Source: Candidatus Hydrogenedentota bacterium (GTDB taxonomy: Bacteria > Hydrogenedentota > Hydrogenedentia > Hydrogenedentales > SLHB01). Taken from it: DNA of 64,000 bases. Each line of letters starts with the position of its first letter. Positions within the stretch are counted from its first letter, which is position 1. The DNA is taken from assembly GCA_963668025.2 (NCBI GenBank), contig CAXXTH010000021.1:1-64000 (forward strand), written 5' to 3'. The translations under genes were made by a program, and so were the position numbers. Below are positions 30,093-38,890 of the stretch, piece by piece. The notes beneath the pieces were generated by a model. That model made no database searches, was not told where the DNA came from, and saw only the letters and a program-made list of their open reading frames with translations.

Positions 30093-32131
30093 AACGCCGG
30101 ACCCTATTAGCCCTCATCCTCGCCGCCCTGCAATGCGCCACGCTGTATGTGCTGGGAGATGCCGTGGCGTTTCCACTAGCCGCGCTGGCCGCCGCGCTGG
30201 CCCTGGCGTTCATGGGCCGGCGCTTTACCCCAAGCCGCGACCGCCAGATATACGCCGCACTGGGCCTGGCAGTTGTGTATTTCATCAAATGGCGCATCTG
30301 GCCCGGCGATACGGCGTACGCCTCGATTATGCCTAACTATGGAGCCTCCTACGCCGCCGCCCAATACTTCATCACGCTTCAAGTGGCTGCTTTCGCATTG
30401 CGTGCGCCCGATGGCGCGCCCCGCGAAGCGAAACCCAGCTTCACGGCCCTGGCCATCATAGGCATGGTGTTCGCCGCCAACCGAATCGTTCCGCTGGTGC
30501 CAATGTTGGCCACATGGTATGGCGTCTTCGTGCCGCCCTATACCGACGCCATCTGGTATCAATTCTTATCGACCGCCTTCGCGTTCACCATCGCGGCGTA
30601 TTATCTCGACAGCGGCGTACGGCAGGCGCATGCGCCGCGCATCCGGCGTATCGCGCTTGGCCTCATCTTGGCCGCCGCCATTGGATTGGGGTATGTGGCG
30701 GGGGCGTATCTCTTTGTATATGGCCGGGAAATCGACCAATGGCTCTTCCAGCATGCCCCCGCCGCGCCCAGCAGCGTGGCGGGCTTTTCGCGCAATGCCC
30801 GGCTCGATAGCATGACCGGCATGCGCACGAAAGACGGCGAGGCCCTGGCGGTCCGCGTCATCGCTGACGATGCGCCCGGCTATCTCCGGGGCATGGCCTA
30901 TGACTTATATGACCCGCCGCGCTGGCGCGCTTCGACGCCGGGCCAGGCCCTCGAACCGGCGTGGAATGCGCCCGAGGATTTGCCCGTTTCCCTCTCAGAT
31001 GGCCACGTTTTTGCCTTGCGCCCCGGCGCGTCCGGACCGTGGACGCGGCAGGAAGTATGGCCGGTGATCGCGACCGAAAACGCCCTCTTCACCAGCCTCG
31101 ATACGGCATGGCTCGGAGTACGGACGGATACGGTGGATGCCGATGCGGATATATCGGCCAGCGTGGAGAGCGCGCCGACGTCGCACGTGAACATCCGTGC
31201 GGGCGCGATTCCGGTGGAGGCGTTGTCCGAGGAAGAACGCCAGCGCCTCACGATTCTTCCAGCGGACCTGGATCCGCGCATTACCGCATTGGCACAAAGC
31301 CTCACGGCGGGACGGCAGGATGCCCTTGCCAAGATCGCCGCCGTGCTGGCTTATTTTCGTTCGGGATTTGAATACGGCCTGAACATCCAGGCGCCGGTAG
31401 GGGAAGACCCCCTAACCTATTTTCTACTCGAACGCCCGGCGGCCCATTGCGAGTATTTCGCTTCTGGCGCAACGGTGCTGCTGCGCGCGTCGGGCGTGCC
31501 CTGCCGGTATGTGAACGGCTATGTTGTGTCGGAACGCAACGAGACCGGCGGTTTTTGGGTGGCCCGAAGGCGCGACGCCCACGCTTGGGCCGAGGCCTGG
31601 ATCCCCGCGCAAGGATGGATGATCGTCGAAGCCACGCCGCCATCCGGCTTGCCCGAGGCCGCCGAATCCAGCGCCCTTTCGGATGCCTGGGACGCCATCC
31701 GTTTCCAACTCCGCCGCTCCATTGATGGTGTTCGGCAATGGCTGGCTGGGACGCTGCCGCGCCTCTGTGCGCAGTGTTGGCGAAGCATCCAAGGCCCGCC
31801 ATTGGCCGGAGGAATCATCTTATTGCTCGGTGTATTGGGCTCGGCAATAGGATGGCGCATGCGCCGCCGATACCACAGACACCGGGTATCGCCCGCATAC
31901 GAAAATCTGCGGCGGCTCCTCGCCGATGCCGACGCCCAGATGAAACGCCTAGGATACAAGCGCCCGCCACAGGAAACCTTGCACCAATTCGCAGCGCGCC
32001 TGCGCGCGGATGGAGTGAATGAACCGTGGCGGGAAACCGCCGCGGCATGGTATGAGCAATATGCCGGTGCGCGCTATGGCCCCCAGCCAGAAAGCGCCGT
32101 CCTGGAGCGTCTTTTGTTGCAAAAACATTAA
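30089..32131 (+). CDS. Transglutaminase-like membrane protein (DUF3488/TgpA-like)
   Basis: Multiple TMs, YLRG..YD.Y, HCEYFAS (catalytic Cys), HAWAEAW, EATP. Confidence 0.9.
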   Translation: MKRRTLLALILAALQCATLYVLGDAVAFPLAALAAALALAFMGRRFTPSRDRQIYAALGLAVVYFIKWRIWPGDTAYASIMPNYGASYAAAQYFITLQVAAFALRAPDGAPREAKPSFTALAIIGMVFAANRIVPLVPMLATWYGVFVPPYTDAIWYQFLSTAFAFTIAAYYLDSGVRQAHAPRIRRIALGLILAAAIGLGYVAGAYLFVYGREIDQWLFQHAPAAPSSVAGFSRNARLDSMTGMRTKDGEALAVRVIADDAPGYLRGMAYDLYDPPRWRASTPGQALEPAWNAPEDLPVSLSDGHVFALRPGASGPWTRQEVWPVIATENALFTSLDTAWLGVRTDTVDADADISASVESAPTSHVNIRAGAIPVEALSEEERQRLTILPADLDPRITALAQSLTAGRQDALAKIAAVLAYFRSGFEYGLNIQAPVGEDPLTYFLLERPAAHCEYFASGATVLLRASGVPCRYVNGYVVSERNETGGFWVARRRDAHAWAEAWIPAQGWMIVEATPPSGLPEAAESSALSDAWDAIRFQLRRSIDGVRQWLAGTLPRLCAQCWRSIQGPPLAGGIILLLGVLGSAIGWRMRRRYHRHRVSPAYENLRRLLADADAQMKRLGYKRPPQETLHQFAARLRADGVNEPWRETAAAWYEQYAGARYGPQPESAVLERLLLQKH

Positions 32132-32151
32132 TATTTAAATATTATAATTTT

Positions 32152-32225
32152 CTCACGCAAAGCCGCAAAGGCGCAAAGAAACCTCGTCATGCTCCCCCCT
32201 TTGCGCCTTTGCGCCTTTGCGTGAG
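32152..32225. repeat. ~74-bp GCGCAAAG palindrome, copy 1
   Basis: CTCACGCAAAGCCGCAAAGGCGCAAAG-AAACCTCGTCATGCTCCCCC-CTTTGCGCCTTTGCGCCTTTGCGTGAG. Confidence 0.95.
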
Positions 32226-32585
32226 AAATTCCTCCTGCAATCCATTCACCACCCGCTGTATCCCGTCCTTGATAAGCTCTTCTCCGAAATTCACCAATAA
32301 GCCAAGCCGTTTATCCGTCAAACGGAGATAGGTGAGGAGTTGTTTGGCATGGACCGGTGCGATTTTCTCCACGGACTTCAGTTCAATGATGAGCGTATCT
32401 TCTACGATGAGATCGGCGCGGAAACCTTCCTCGAATTGCTGGACCTCCCAGATAATAGGGACAGCAGCCTGCCGGTGTACTCGTAGTCCTCGATTCTCCA
32501 ATTCATGCACCAACACGGCCTGGTCCAAGCCTGGTGTGAATATAGTAACAGGCGTCCACGACCGATTTGGCGATCTCGTTTTCAG
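32187..32585 (-). pseudogene. GxxExxY-family nuclease-fold gene, copy 1 (disrupted)
   Basis: RADLIVEDTLIIELKSVE..H.KQLLTYLRL. A 23-nt deletion removes LLESVYE, the start codon is displaced to 35273-35275 by IS insertions, and the stop codon is lost so the ORF reads into the palindrome. Confidence 0.9.
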
Positions 32586-32595
32586 TGCGACCTAG

Positions 32596-34612
32596 CCCAT
32601 TTTCCGCAGTTGAGGCAAAGGAGGTTGGCGTTTTCTAGGAAAATTGGAGATTTCGGCGGGTTTTCGCCACTACATTTGGGATCGACTTTGGTTTATTGGG
32701 CAGGGGAAGGTCGAGTTTCTGGAGTAGGAGCGCGAGGCGCTGCTCGGGCTTGCTGACGGTGCGCAGGCGTAACTCTGTGCCTTGGCCGGTAGGCAAGACC
32801 ACGTCCAAGGAACGGACTTCGGCCATCTCTTCGAGGAGTTTTCGGGGCGCGGCGCCGAGGCCGGCGCCGTCCATCCATTGCTGGAGAGTCCGCCACATCA
32901 CGAGGGCAAGGAAGCACACGAGGATGTGTGCTTGGGTCCGGCGTTCTCTGTGATGGAAGATGGGCCTGAGGCCGAGGTCGTGCTTGCTGATGCGAAAGCT
33001 GTCCTCGATCTGCGTGAGGCCGATGTAGGCTTTCCAGAGTTGCTTTGGGTCGTGGTTCTGGAGGTTGGTGCGCAGCAGGTAGCAGCCGTCGGTAAGTTCG
33101 GCCCATTCGCGATGGGCGGGGTCTTGGGTGATGGCGATGGCGAGGCGCTTGCCGCTTTTGTGTTTGGGGTCGTCTTGTTCGCGGATGGCCACTTGGAAGA
33201 AGCGGGCGGCGCGGGAGTACTTCTGGAAGCACCGGCCCACGTGGCGTTCAGCGGCGCCGCGGTCGCGCAGGGCGCGTGTGCCGGCGTCGATGCGCGCTTT
33301 GAGCCGGTTGAGTTCAGCCTCGAGCTTCACGCGCTGTTTCTCGCGTATGGCCCGTTCTTTTTCGATGCGGCCGCGCGAGCGACAGAGCACGAAGGTCTCG
33401 TCTTCGTCCTCGGGCGAGGGGCGGAGTTTCACCTCCACCTCGGGCTCCACTTGCTCCCAACCCTGTTCCAAGAGGTCACGCTCGAACTGTTTGAGCATGC
33501 TTTTGGGCGTGCCCACGAGATAGCTCGCCTTGGCCTCGCGCAGCATCTCGAGGTTGTCCTCGCTCACCATGCCGCGGTCCATGACCCACGTGCGGCGCTC
33601 GTGGCCGTACTTCGTGCGCATGGCCTCCACCATCTCCTCCACCGTGGTCACGTCCCTGCGGTTGCCGTCGAAGACCTCGTAGGCCAGGGGAAGTCCCTCC
33701 GGCGTGGCCACCAGCGCAATGCAGACCTGCACGCAATCGGGCCGCTTGTCCCGGGAGTAGCCTCGTTTCGCTTGAGGGTTGTCCCCCGCCTGCCCCTCGA
33801 AGTACGTCGACGTGATGTCGTAGAGCAGGATGTCGAAGGTGGCGCCAAACAGCTCGCCATAGACCTTCTGGAAGTGACCGAAGAGCGCGTCCTTGTGGGG
33901 CAGCAGCGCGTCGAGAGCCCGGTACAGACGGTCCTCATTCACCTTCTCCGGCGCCACGTCGAGGATATCCTCCAAGGCCGTCTTGCCATACCACGACTCG
34001 GCGATGTGCAACTCCGACGACGGCGCGCAGAACCGCGCCAACGTGAGGATACAAGCCATTACGCCCCACGGGATCTCCTCGCGGCCTGGCGCCATGGCTT
34101 CGTCGAAAAACGTATCCAGCTTAAGCCGCCGCCACAACGCCAGCCCCAAGTAGACCTCGCCGAAACGGTGTAACCGTTCCACCCGCACCCGAGACGTGTC
34201 CACCGTCGCCCACGCCGGCGGTTCCGGCTCGACTTCGAGCAAGTCCCGCTGATGCACCCGGCCATCGAGGATCTCCCCGATGTGCTCCCAGCCCACCCGC
34301 GCTTCCTCATCCAGGCCCGGCAGCTTCCCGATGGTGGCCACCGTCCGCTGGCGCGGCCCATTCGCCGTGCGCACCGACTCCACGAGCGACCAATACTCGT
34401 AGGTCACGCCATCGAAGGTCTTCCGATTCGGCTTGAGAAACACGATGCCAGAGCCTCCCAACTGGCACTCATGATCTCACGCGCTGGCCCGCGTAACAAG
34501 GGGGTTTTCGCCACTACACGGAAATCCTACCAGCACGCAAGACCAACAAAGGACTTACAGCCGAAAAGACGCTCAAAACCAGAAAAAAGACGGCCTTACT
34601 GCGGAAAATGGG
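32596..34612 (-). mobile_element. IS1634-family insertion sequence
   Basis: Perfect 15-bp IRs CCCATTTTCCGCAGT / ACTGCGGAAAATGGG, flanked on both sides by CTAG (32592-32595, 34613-34616). Confidence 0.93.
32635..34443 (-). CDS. IS1634-family DDE transposase
   Basis: YDITSTYFEG, RGYSRDKRPD, VMDRGM, GCYLLRTN, IEDSFR..K.DL..RP..H, AHILVCFLA; probable GTG start (MFLK). Confidence 0.93.
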   Translation of the reverse strand: MFLKPNRKTFDGVTYEYWSLVESVRTANGPRQRTVATIGKLPGLDEEARVGWEHIGEILDGRVHQRDLLEVEPEPPAWATVDTSRVRVERLHRFGEVYLGLALWRRLKLDTFFDEAMAPGREEIPWGVMACILTLARFCAPSSELHIAESWYGKTALEDILDVAPEKVNEDRLYRALDALLPHKDALFGHFQKVYGELFGATFDILLYDITSTYFEGQAGDNPQAKRGYSRDKRPDCVQVCIALVATPEGLPLAYEVFDGNRRDVTTVEEMVEAMRTKYGHERRTWVMDRGMVSEDNLEMLREAKASYLVGTPKSMLKQFERDLLEQGWEQVEPEVEVKLRPSPEDEDETFVLCRSRGRIEKERAIREKQRVKLEAELNRLKARIDAGTRALRDRGAAERHVGRCFQKYSRAARFFQVAIREQDDPKHKSGKRLAIAITQDPAHREWAELTDGCYLLRTNLQNHDPKQLWKAYIGLTQIEDSFRISKHDLGLRPIFHHRERRTQAHILVCFLALVMWRTLQQWMDGAGLGAAPRKLLEEMAEVRSLDVVLPTGQGTELRLRTVSKPEQRLALLLQKLDLPLPNKPKSIPNVVAKTRRNLQFS

Positions 34613-34725
34613 CTAGAAACCCACGTCCTTTGGACGTGGTCATAGGGCCTTTGGCTCAGCCTGTTTGAGCCCATCGGCATCCCCTACACTCGTGTTGTTC
34701 CGCAACACCGAGGAAGGAGATGCCA

Positions 34726-35160
34726 ATGAGTCGTTTCCGCAAATTATCACATGCGATATGGTATTGCCAATATCACATGGTATGGGTGCCCAAATACCGC
34801 TACCGGGTTTTGACGGGACCGGTGGGCAAGGAGGTCTACACCTGTATCCAAATGTTCTGTGGGCAGCAAGGATGCGAGGTGCTCGAATTGAATGTACAGC
34901 CCGAGCACGTGCATTTGCTTGTGATGGTTCCGCCAAAGGTGTCGATATCGGATCTGGCGGGCATTTTGAAGGGGCGTACGGCGATCCGGATATTCAAGCA
35001 GTTTCCGCATTTGAAAAAGAAGCCCTATTGGGGCAATCATTTCTGGGCACCTGGATATTGCGTGGATACCGTGGGGCTTAACGAAGAAATGATCCGCAAG
35101 TACGTGAAGTTCCAGGAAGAAGCGGAACGTCACGATGAACAGCTAAAATTGAAGTACTGA
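34726..35160 (+). CDS. tnpA: IS200/IS605 Y1 (HUH) transposase TnpA
   Basis: YHMVWVPKYR, EHVHLL (HUH), LKG, FWAPGY, catalytic YVKFQ (YxxxQ); RBS AGGAAGGAG. Confidence 0.96.
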   Translation: MSRFRKLSHAIWYCQYHMVWVPKYRYRVLTGPVGKEVYTCIQMFCGQQGCEVLELNVQPEHVHLLVMVPPKVSISDLAGILKGRTAIRIFKQFPHLKKKPYWGNHFWAPGYCVDTVGLNEEMIRKYVKFQEEAERHDEQLKLKY

Positions 35161-35300
35161 ACCAAGCGGTGTTGCGGAACACAACCCACGCTTGCATCCT
35201 TTGGGTGCAAGCACTCAGCCACTCTCTGAGTGGCCAAAGCAAAGCCACGTCCTCTGGGCGTGGTTTTTTACTCATGCCGTCTCTCCCGATACTTTTTTAT

Positions 35301-35374
35301 CTCACGCAAAGGCGCAAAGGCGCAAAGAAACCTCGTCATGCTCCCCCCTTTGCGCCTTAGCGCCTTTGCGTGAG
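35301..35374. repeat. ~74-bp GCGCAAAG palindrome, copy 2
   Basis: Near-identical to copy 1; ends 14 bp from the stop codon of the cargo gene at 35389. Confidence 0.95.
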
Positions 35375-35388
35375 AAATTCTTTTCGTA

Positions 35389-37053
35389 TCAATTAGCCGG
35401 GATAGCTCCCGACTTTTTTAGCTCTTCTATTTGTTGATCTGGAGGCAATACAAAAGAAAAATCAAAGTTTAGTTCAGCAATTTGTCCATTCCGCAGAGTC
35501 ACGCGCTGGCAAATCGGTTCCGGATCATAAGTAACTCCTGGGATTGTGCATCCAAGTCCACAACTACAGAAACCAATCACATCGTACTCTCCAGGAGGCA
35601 AATTCAGGATCTCGTACTGGTTTTCGCCGACGGGACACCATGTTCTAGCGACGAGTCCATTATCATTCCCGTTGCCTGCCGATTCTGTATTGTCTACCCA
35701 AATGGTTGGCGCTGTACCGGCTTTATAGACTCGGACGATATAGGAGAAATCACTTACTTTAGTATAAGTGCCCCGGATGCCACATGAGCCCATGATGTCT
35801 ATGTTCGCTCGCACCGTTTCTCCCGGCGGCACATTGACTATCATACAGTTTACAGATGTCGTTTGTGCAACGACGTGAACATCCGAGAACGTGTATTCCG
35901 CTTGAACCTGGTACAAAGCAGCAGACAGATTCTCTATAGTAAAGGAGCCATCTGTTAATATGTTGGGATTTGCTATTCTTTTACTACGGACATTGCCATC
36001 GGGATCAAGCTGCGTTATCGAGACCTTCACATGCTTCGCTAGAGGTATTCCGTCTTTTACCGCATCGTCCTTGAGCGGAACTCCATTCATGGTGACATAA
36101 CCTTCGATGCGTCCAAATCCATCCAGGTAGATAATGCCCAGGTCGGTGTCTTCGCCGGAGGTTATCGTGATGTCCGGCAGTTCCTGGGTCACATAGCCAA
36201 ATGATGCGACGGATATCTTCGCCACGCCGGGCTCCAGATGGGTGATCTGAAAACGCCCGTCCCCCAAGTCACACTTGGGTACGCCCGTTGAACCATCCGC
36301 GCCATCGTTTCGAGTTAATTCCAGCACGCACGAATGAAAATCGTCGAAAGGTTTCTTGGAGTAACTCTTGCACACCTGCCCCGAGATACTACCCAGTTTG
36401 ATCACATGCACTTGCAGCTTTTTGTTGCTGGGCTCCATTCCTGTGAGATGGCCCTCTTGGTATTCCTCGTGGGTGAAGCTCAACGCGAGTTTGCCCTCCG
36501 GCAGACCAATCAAGCGAAAATCGCCTTTGGCATTGGTGGTGGTTTTCGCGAATATCCCGTTGGCGCCGCCGACGAGCGCCACTTGGACGCCTTCGACGGG
36601 GGCATCGGATATAGAGTCCTTCACATTCCCTGCGATAACGCTCTTTTCCGGATTGGGAATGCGCACGTTTACGTTCTCGATAGGCTCGTTTTCCCGCAAC
36701 GTACAGGCACGGTTTTGGGCGGGCAGCCGGTACAAGGTGGTGTCTTGCATGCAAGACACATAGAACAGATATCTCCCAGGGGCGATATCATGAATGCTGA
36801 ACCGGCCTTCAGGATCGCACTGGACAGGGATAGAGGCTTGCACGCCCTCGGAACTGGCGAGTTCCACCCAGACGCCCTCGATCGCTTTACCCGAGGTATC
36901 CGTCACCTGGCCCGTCACCCAGGTATCGTCTGGCGTCTCTGGCGAAGCCGTAACTTGCGCGGCTTGCAAGGCTTCATGCGGTGTACAGACCAAGAACACC
37001 AAAAGCCCGGCCGCCGCCCCAATAGCCAGCATGGATGCAATACGTAATCGCAT
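35389..37053 (-). CDS. Secreted/membrane-anchored protein with repeated carboxypeptidase-regulatory-like (transthyretin-like beta-sandwich) domains
   Basis: N-terminal hydrophobic helix; repeated 'G.V.D..G.P..GV.V...T...G.F.I..L.PG.Y' units; lower GC than neighbours. Confidence 0.8.
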   Translation of the reverse strand: MRLRIASMLAIGAAAGLLVFLVCTPHEALQAAQVTASPETPDDTWVTGQVTDTSGKAIEGVWVELASSEGVQASIPVQCDPEGRFSIHDIAPGRYLFYVSCMQDTTLYRLPAQNRACTLRENEPIENVNVRIPNPEKSVIAGNVKDSISDAPVEGVQVALVGGANGIFAKTTTNAKGDFRLIGLPEGKLALSFTHEEYQEGHLTGMEPSNKKLQVHVIKLGSISGQVCKSYSKKPFDDFHSCVLELTRNDGADGSTGVPKCDLGDGRFQITHLEPGVAKISVASFGYVTQELPDITITSGEDTDLGIIYLDGFGRIEGYVTMNGVPLKDDAVKDGIPLAKHVKVSITQLDPDGNVRSKRIANPNILTDGSFTIENLSAALYQVQAEYTFSDVHVVAQTTSVNCMIVNVPPGETVRANIDIMGSCGIRGTYTKVSDFSYIVRVYKAGTAPTIWVDNTESAGNGNDNGLVARTWCPVGENQYEILNLPPGEYDVIGFCSCGLGCTIPGVTYDPEPICQRVTLRNGQIAELNFDFSFVLPPDQQIEELKKSGAIPAN

Positions 37054-37140
37054 GGCTTGCCCTTTCTGTACCGGTAAAATTCCGTTTGCCAGCGTAAGGT
37101 GACGTCTTGATGATGCACAGGGATTGGCCGGTTTTTTTAG

Positions 37141-37214
37141 CTCACGCAAAGGCGCAAAGGCGCAAAGAAACCTCGTCATGCTCCCCCCTTTGCGCCTTTG
37201 CGCCTTTGCGTGAG
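37141..37214. repeat. 74-bp GCGCAAAG palindrome, copy 3 (perfect 27-bp arms, 20-nt loop)
   Basis: Read directly; lies 2 bp from the stop codon of GxxExxY copy 2. Confidence 0.95.
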
Positions 37215-37216
37215 AC

Positions 37217-37599
37217 TTACTCCTGCAATCCATTCACCACCCGCTTTATCCCGTCCTTGATAAGCTCTGCCCCGAAATTCACCAATAAGCCAAGCCGTTT
37301 ATCCGTCAAACGGAGATAGGTGAGGAGTTGTTTGGCATGGACCGGCGCGATTTTTTCCACGGACTTCAGTTCAATGATGAGCGTATCTTCGACGATGAGA
37401 TCGGCGCGGAAACCTTCCTCGAATTGCTGGCCCTCCCAGATAATAGGGACAGCAGCCTGCCGGTACACTCGTAGTCCTCGGTTCTCCAATTCATGCGCCA
37501 AACGGCCTCGTAGACCGACTCCAACAGGCCTGGTCCAAGCCTGGTATGAATATAGTAGCAGGCGTCCACGACCGATTTGGCTATTTCATTTTCAGTCAT
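37217..37599 (-). pseudogene. GxxExxY-family gene, copy 2 (single-base frameshift)
   Basis: MTENEIAKSVVDACYYIHTRLGPGLLESVYE, then a 1-nt loss at about 37502 (GCC GT- TTG versus GCC GTG TTG in copy 1). The rest continues in ORF 37217-37501. Confidence 0.9.
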
Positions 37600-37622
37600 G
37601 CCGTCTCTCCCTGTTTTTTTAG

Positions 37623-37696
37623 CTCACGCAAAGGCGCTAAGGCGCAAAGAAACCTCGTCATCCTCCCCCCTTTGCGCCTTAGCGCCTTTGCGTGAG
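37623..37696. repeat. ~74-bp GCGCAAAG palindrome, copy 4
   Basis: Same arms and loop. Compensatory change GCGCTAAG/CTTAGCGC preserves pairing. Confidence 0.95.
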
Positions 37697-37703
37697 AAAT
37701 TCT

Positions 37704-37726
37704 TTCACCACCCGCTGTATCCTGTC
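37704..37726 (-). pseudogene. 3' remnant of GxxExxY copy 3
   Basis: TTCACCACCCGCTGTATCCTGTC matches the copy 1 3' end (TTCACCACCCGCTGTATCCCGTC) at 22/23. Confidence 0.7.
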
Positions 37727-37802
37727 TCTAGTAAGAGCCTCTTTATGGTCCGCAGCTCTGGAGCTTCCGTTTCGGATTTATCTCACCCTCCACTGGCCGA
37801 AC

Positions 37803-37831
37803 TTGACACAACCCCTTATATCGTTTAATAT
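37803..37831 (+). promoter_or_regulatory. Sigma70-type promoter of cargo gene
   Basis: TTGACA-17 nt-TAATAT. Confidence 0.55.
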
Positions 37832-37877
37832 ATTGGACACATACACTAGACGTCAAGTAGAAAGTGAGGTTGTGCAG

Positions 37878-38786
37878 ATGTTTGATGAGCGCCGCCTGTT
37901 TCGATCTCCGGGAGTGCTGGCCGGTATTTTGCTTGCGTTACTCGTAGTTTTGGCGGTATTGCTCTTTTTTGTATTTCCTCCGAAGAGCAATGATGTCGAC
38001 TTCACTTATATAGACACCTCGACGGAGGATTCATCATCTCTTCCCCTTGCAGACACTGAAACCGCTCGCGCCGTTTCCACGGCCGAGCGGTTTCCTGCAT
38101 GTGACGGGCTCCTGGCGGAGTACAAACAGGACGCCGAACGTTTTCTCGCGGATGTGGCGGCCTACCGCCAGTCGATGCCGGTGTATGAACAGTACATGCG
38201 ATTGCTGGAAGGCACCATCGCTCCCCTACAGACTAGAGGTGAACAATGTTTGGAAGAGTTGCGTAGAGCGGGAATGGAGCCCAAAGGCAGGGATTTTGCA
38301 GATGTAGAAGTACCTGTCATCAAGGCCTTCACGTATACCTTTAGCGATTTCTCCTTGGAGTTTTTGAAAGACGCTTCGTGCCGAAGGCTGAACGTCAAAG
38401 AAAAAGACCTAAGTGGATTATCGAATTTGATACAGAATCCCATTATTCAAAAGATCACTATAAATGCCGCTTGTCCGTTCACGGCGGGAACACCAGAGTA
38501 CAAGAAGTTCTATGCCAGATACGAACTGATATTAGTGAAGTTCACGCGTATGTGTACCCCAGCAGTATCGGCGCTGCCTCCCTATCTGGAAGAGCGAAGG
38601 CAGAAGCTGCTCAAACGGCGGGAGGCGTTGATTGTGTTCGCTCCGTTCCAGGAAGAAATGCTTCCGGAACCGGTGGATCCGTATAGCCGAAAGATCGAAG
38701 AAATCAGTCAAGGCTTGCCCGAGCGCGATGTACCACTGATCGTGATACGCTATAATATGAAATGGATATACCAGCGTTTGTTTTAG
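37878..38786 (+). CDS. Hypothetical protein with N-terminal membrane anchor
   Basis: GAGG RBS; TM segment GVLAGILLALLVVLAVLLFFVF; no known motif; lower GC. Confidence 0.7.
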   Translation: MFDERRLFRSPGVLAGILLALLVVLAVLLFFVFPPKSNDVDFTYIDTSTEDSSSLPLADTETARAVSTAERFPACDGLLAEYKQDAERFLADVAAYRQSMPVYEQYMRLLEGTIAPLQTRGEQCLEELRRAGMEPKGRDFADVEVPVIKAFTYTFSDFSLEFLKDASCRRLNVKEKDLSGLSNLIQNPIIQKITINAACPFTAGTPEYKKFYARYELILVKFTRMCTPAVSALPPYLEERRQKLLKRREALIVFAPFQEEMLPEPVDPYSRKIEEISQGLPERDVPLIVIRYNMKWIYQRLF

Positions 38787-38850
38787 GCAATGGTTGATCA
38801 TCCGGATCTTGCACCACGAAAAACACAGCGTGGAATAGCCGCGTTTTTTT

Positions 38851-38880
38851 ACCGCGAATGAACGCGAATGAACGCGAATA
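38851..38880 (+). repeat. (AACGCGAATG)x3 tandem arm preceded by a T-tract
   Basis: ACCGCGAATG AACGCGAATG AACGCGAATA. Confidence 0.85.
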
Positions 38881-38890
38881 TATCCTCTAA

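Larger units (their letters stand above)
32586..35271 (+). mobile_element. IS200/IS605-family element (tnpA only), interrupted by IS1634
   Basis: Subterminal hairpins CCACGTCC-TTT-GGACGTGG (34621-34639) and CCACGTCC-TCT-GGGCGTGG (35245-35263). Removing 32586-35271 restores ATG ACT GAA of GxxExxY with no target duplication. Confidence 0.85.

Noticed and set aside
27818-32131. MoxR-DUF58-transglutaminase as a novel system
   Set aside because: This is a widespread, previously described gene triad.
35161-35271. tnpB/IscB RNA-guided nuclease locus
   Set aside because: Only 110 nt lie between the tnpA stop and the element end, with no nuclease ORF.
37054-37233. 614-aa N-terminal extension of the cargo ORF (35389-37233)
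   Set aside because: The extension simply reads through palindrome P3. An RBS and signal-like sequence support a start at 37053.
37495-37510. Programmed frameshift in GxxExxY copy 2
   Set aside because: There is no slippery heptamer, and copy 1 shows the missing base, so this is a simple deletion or a sequencing error.
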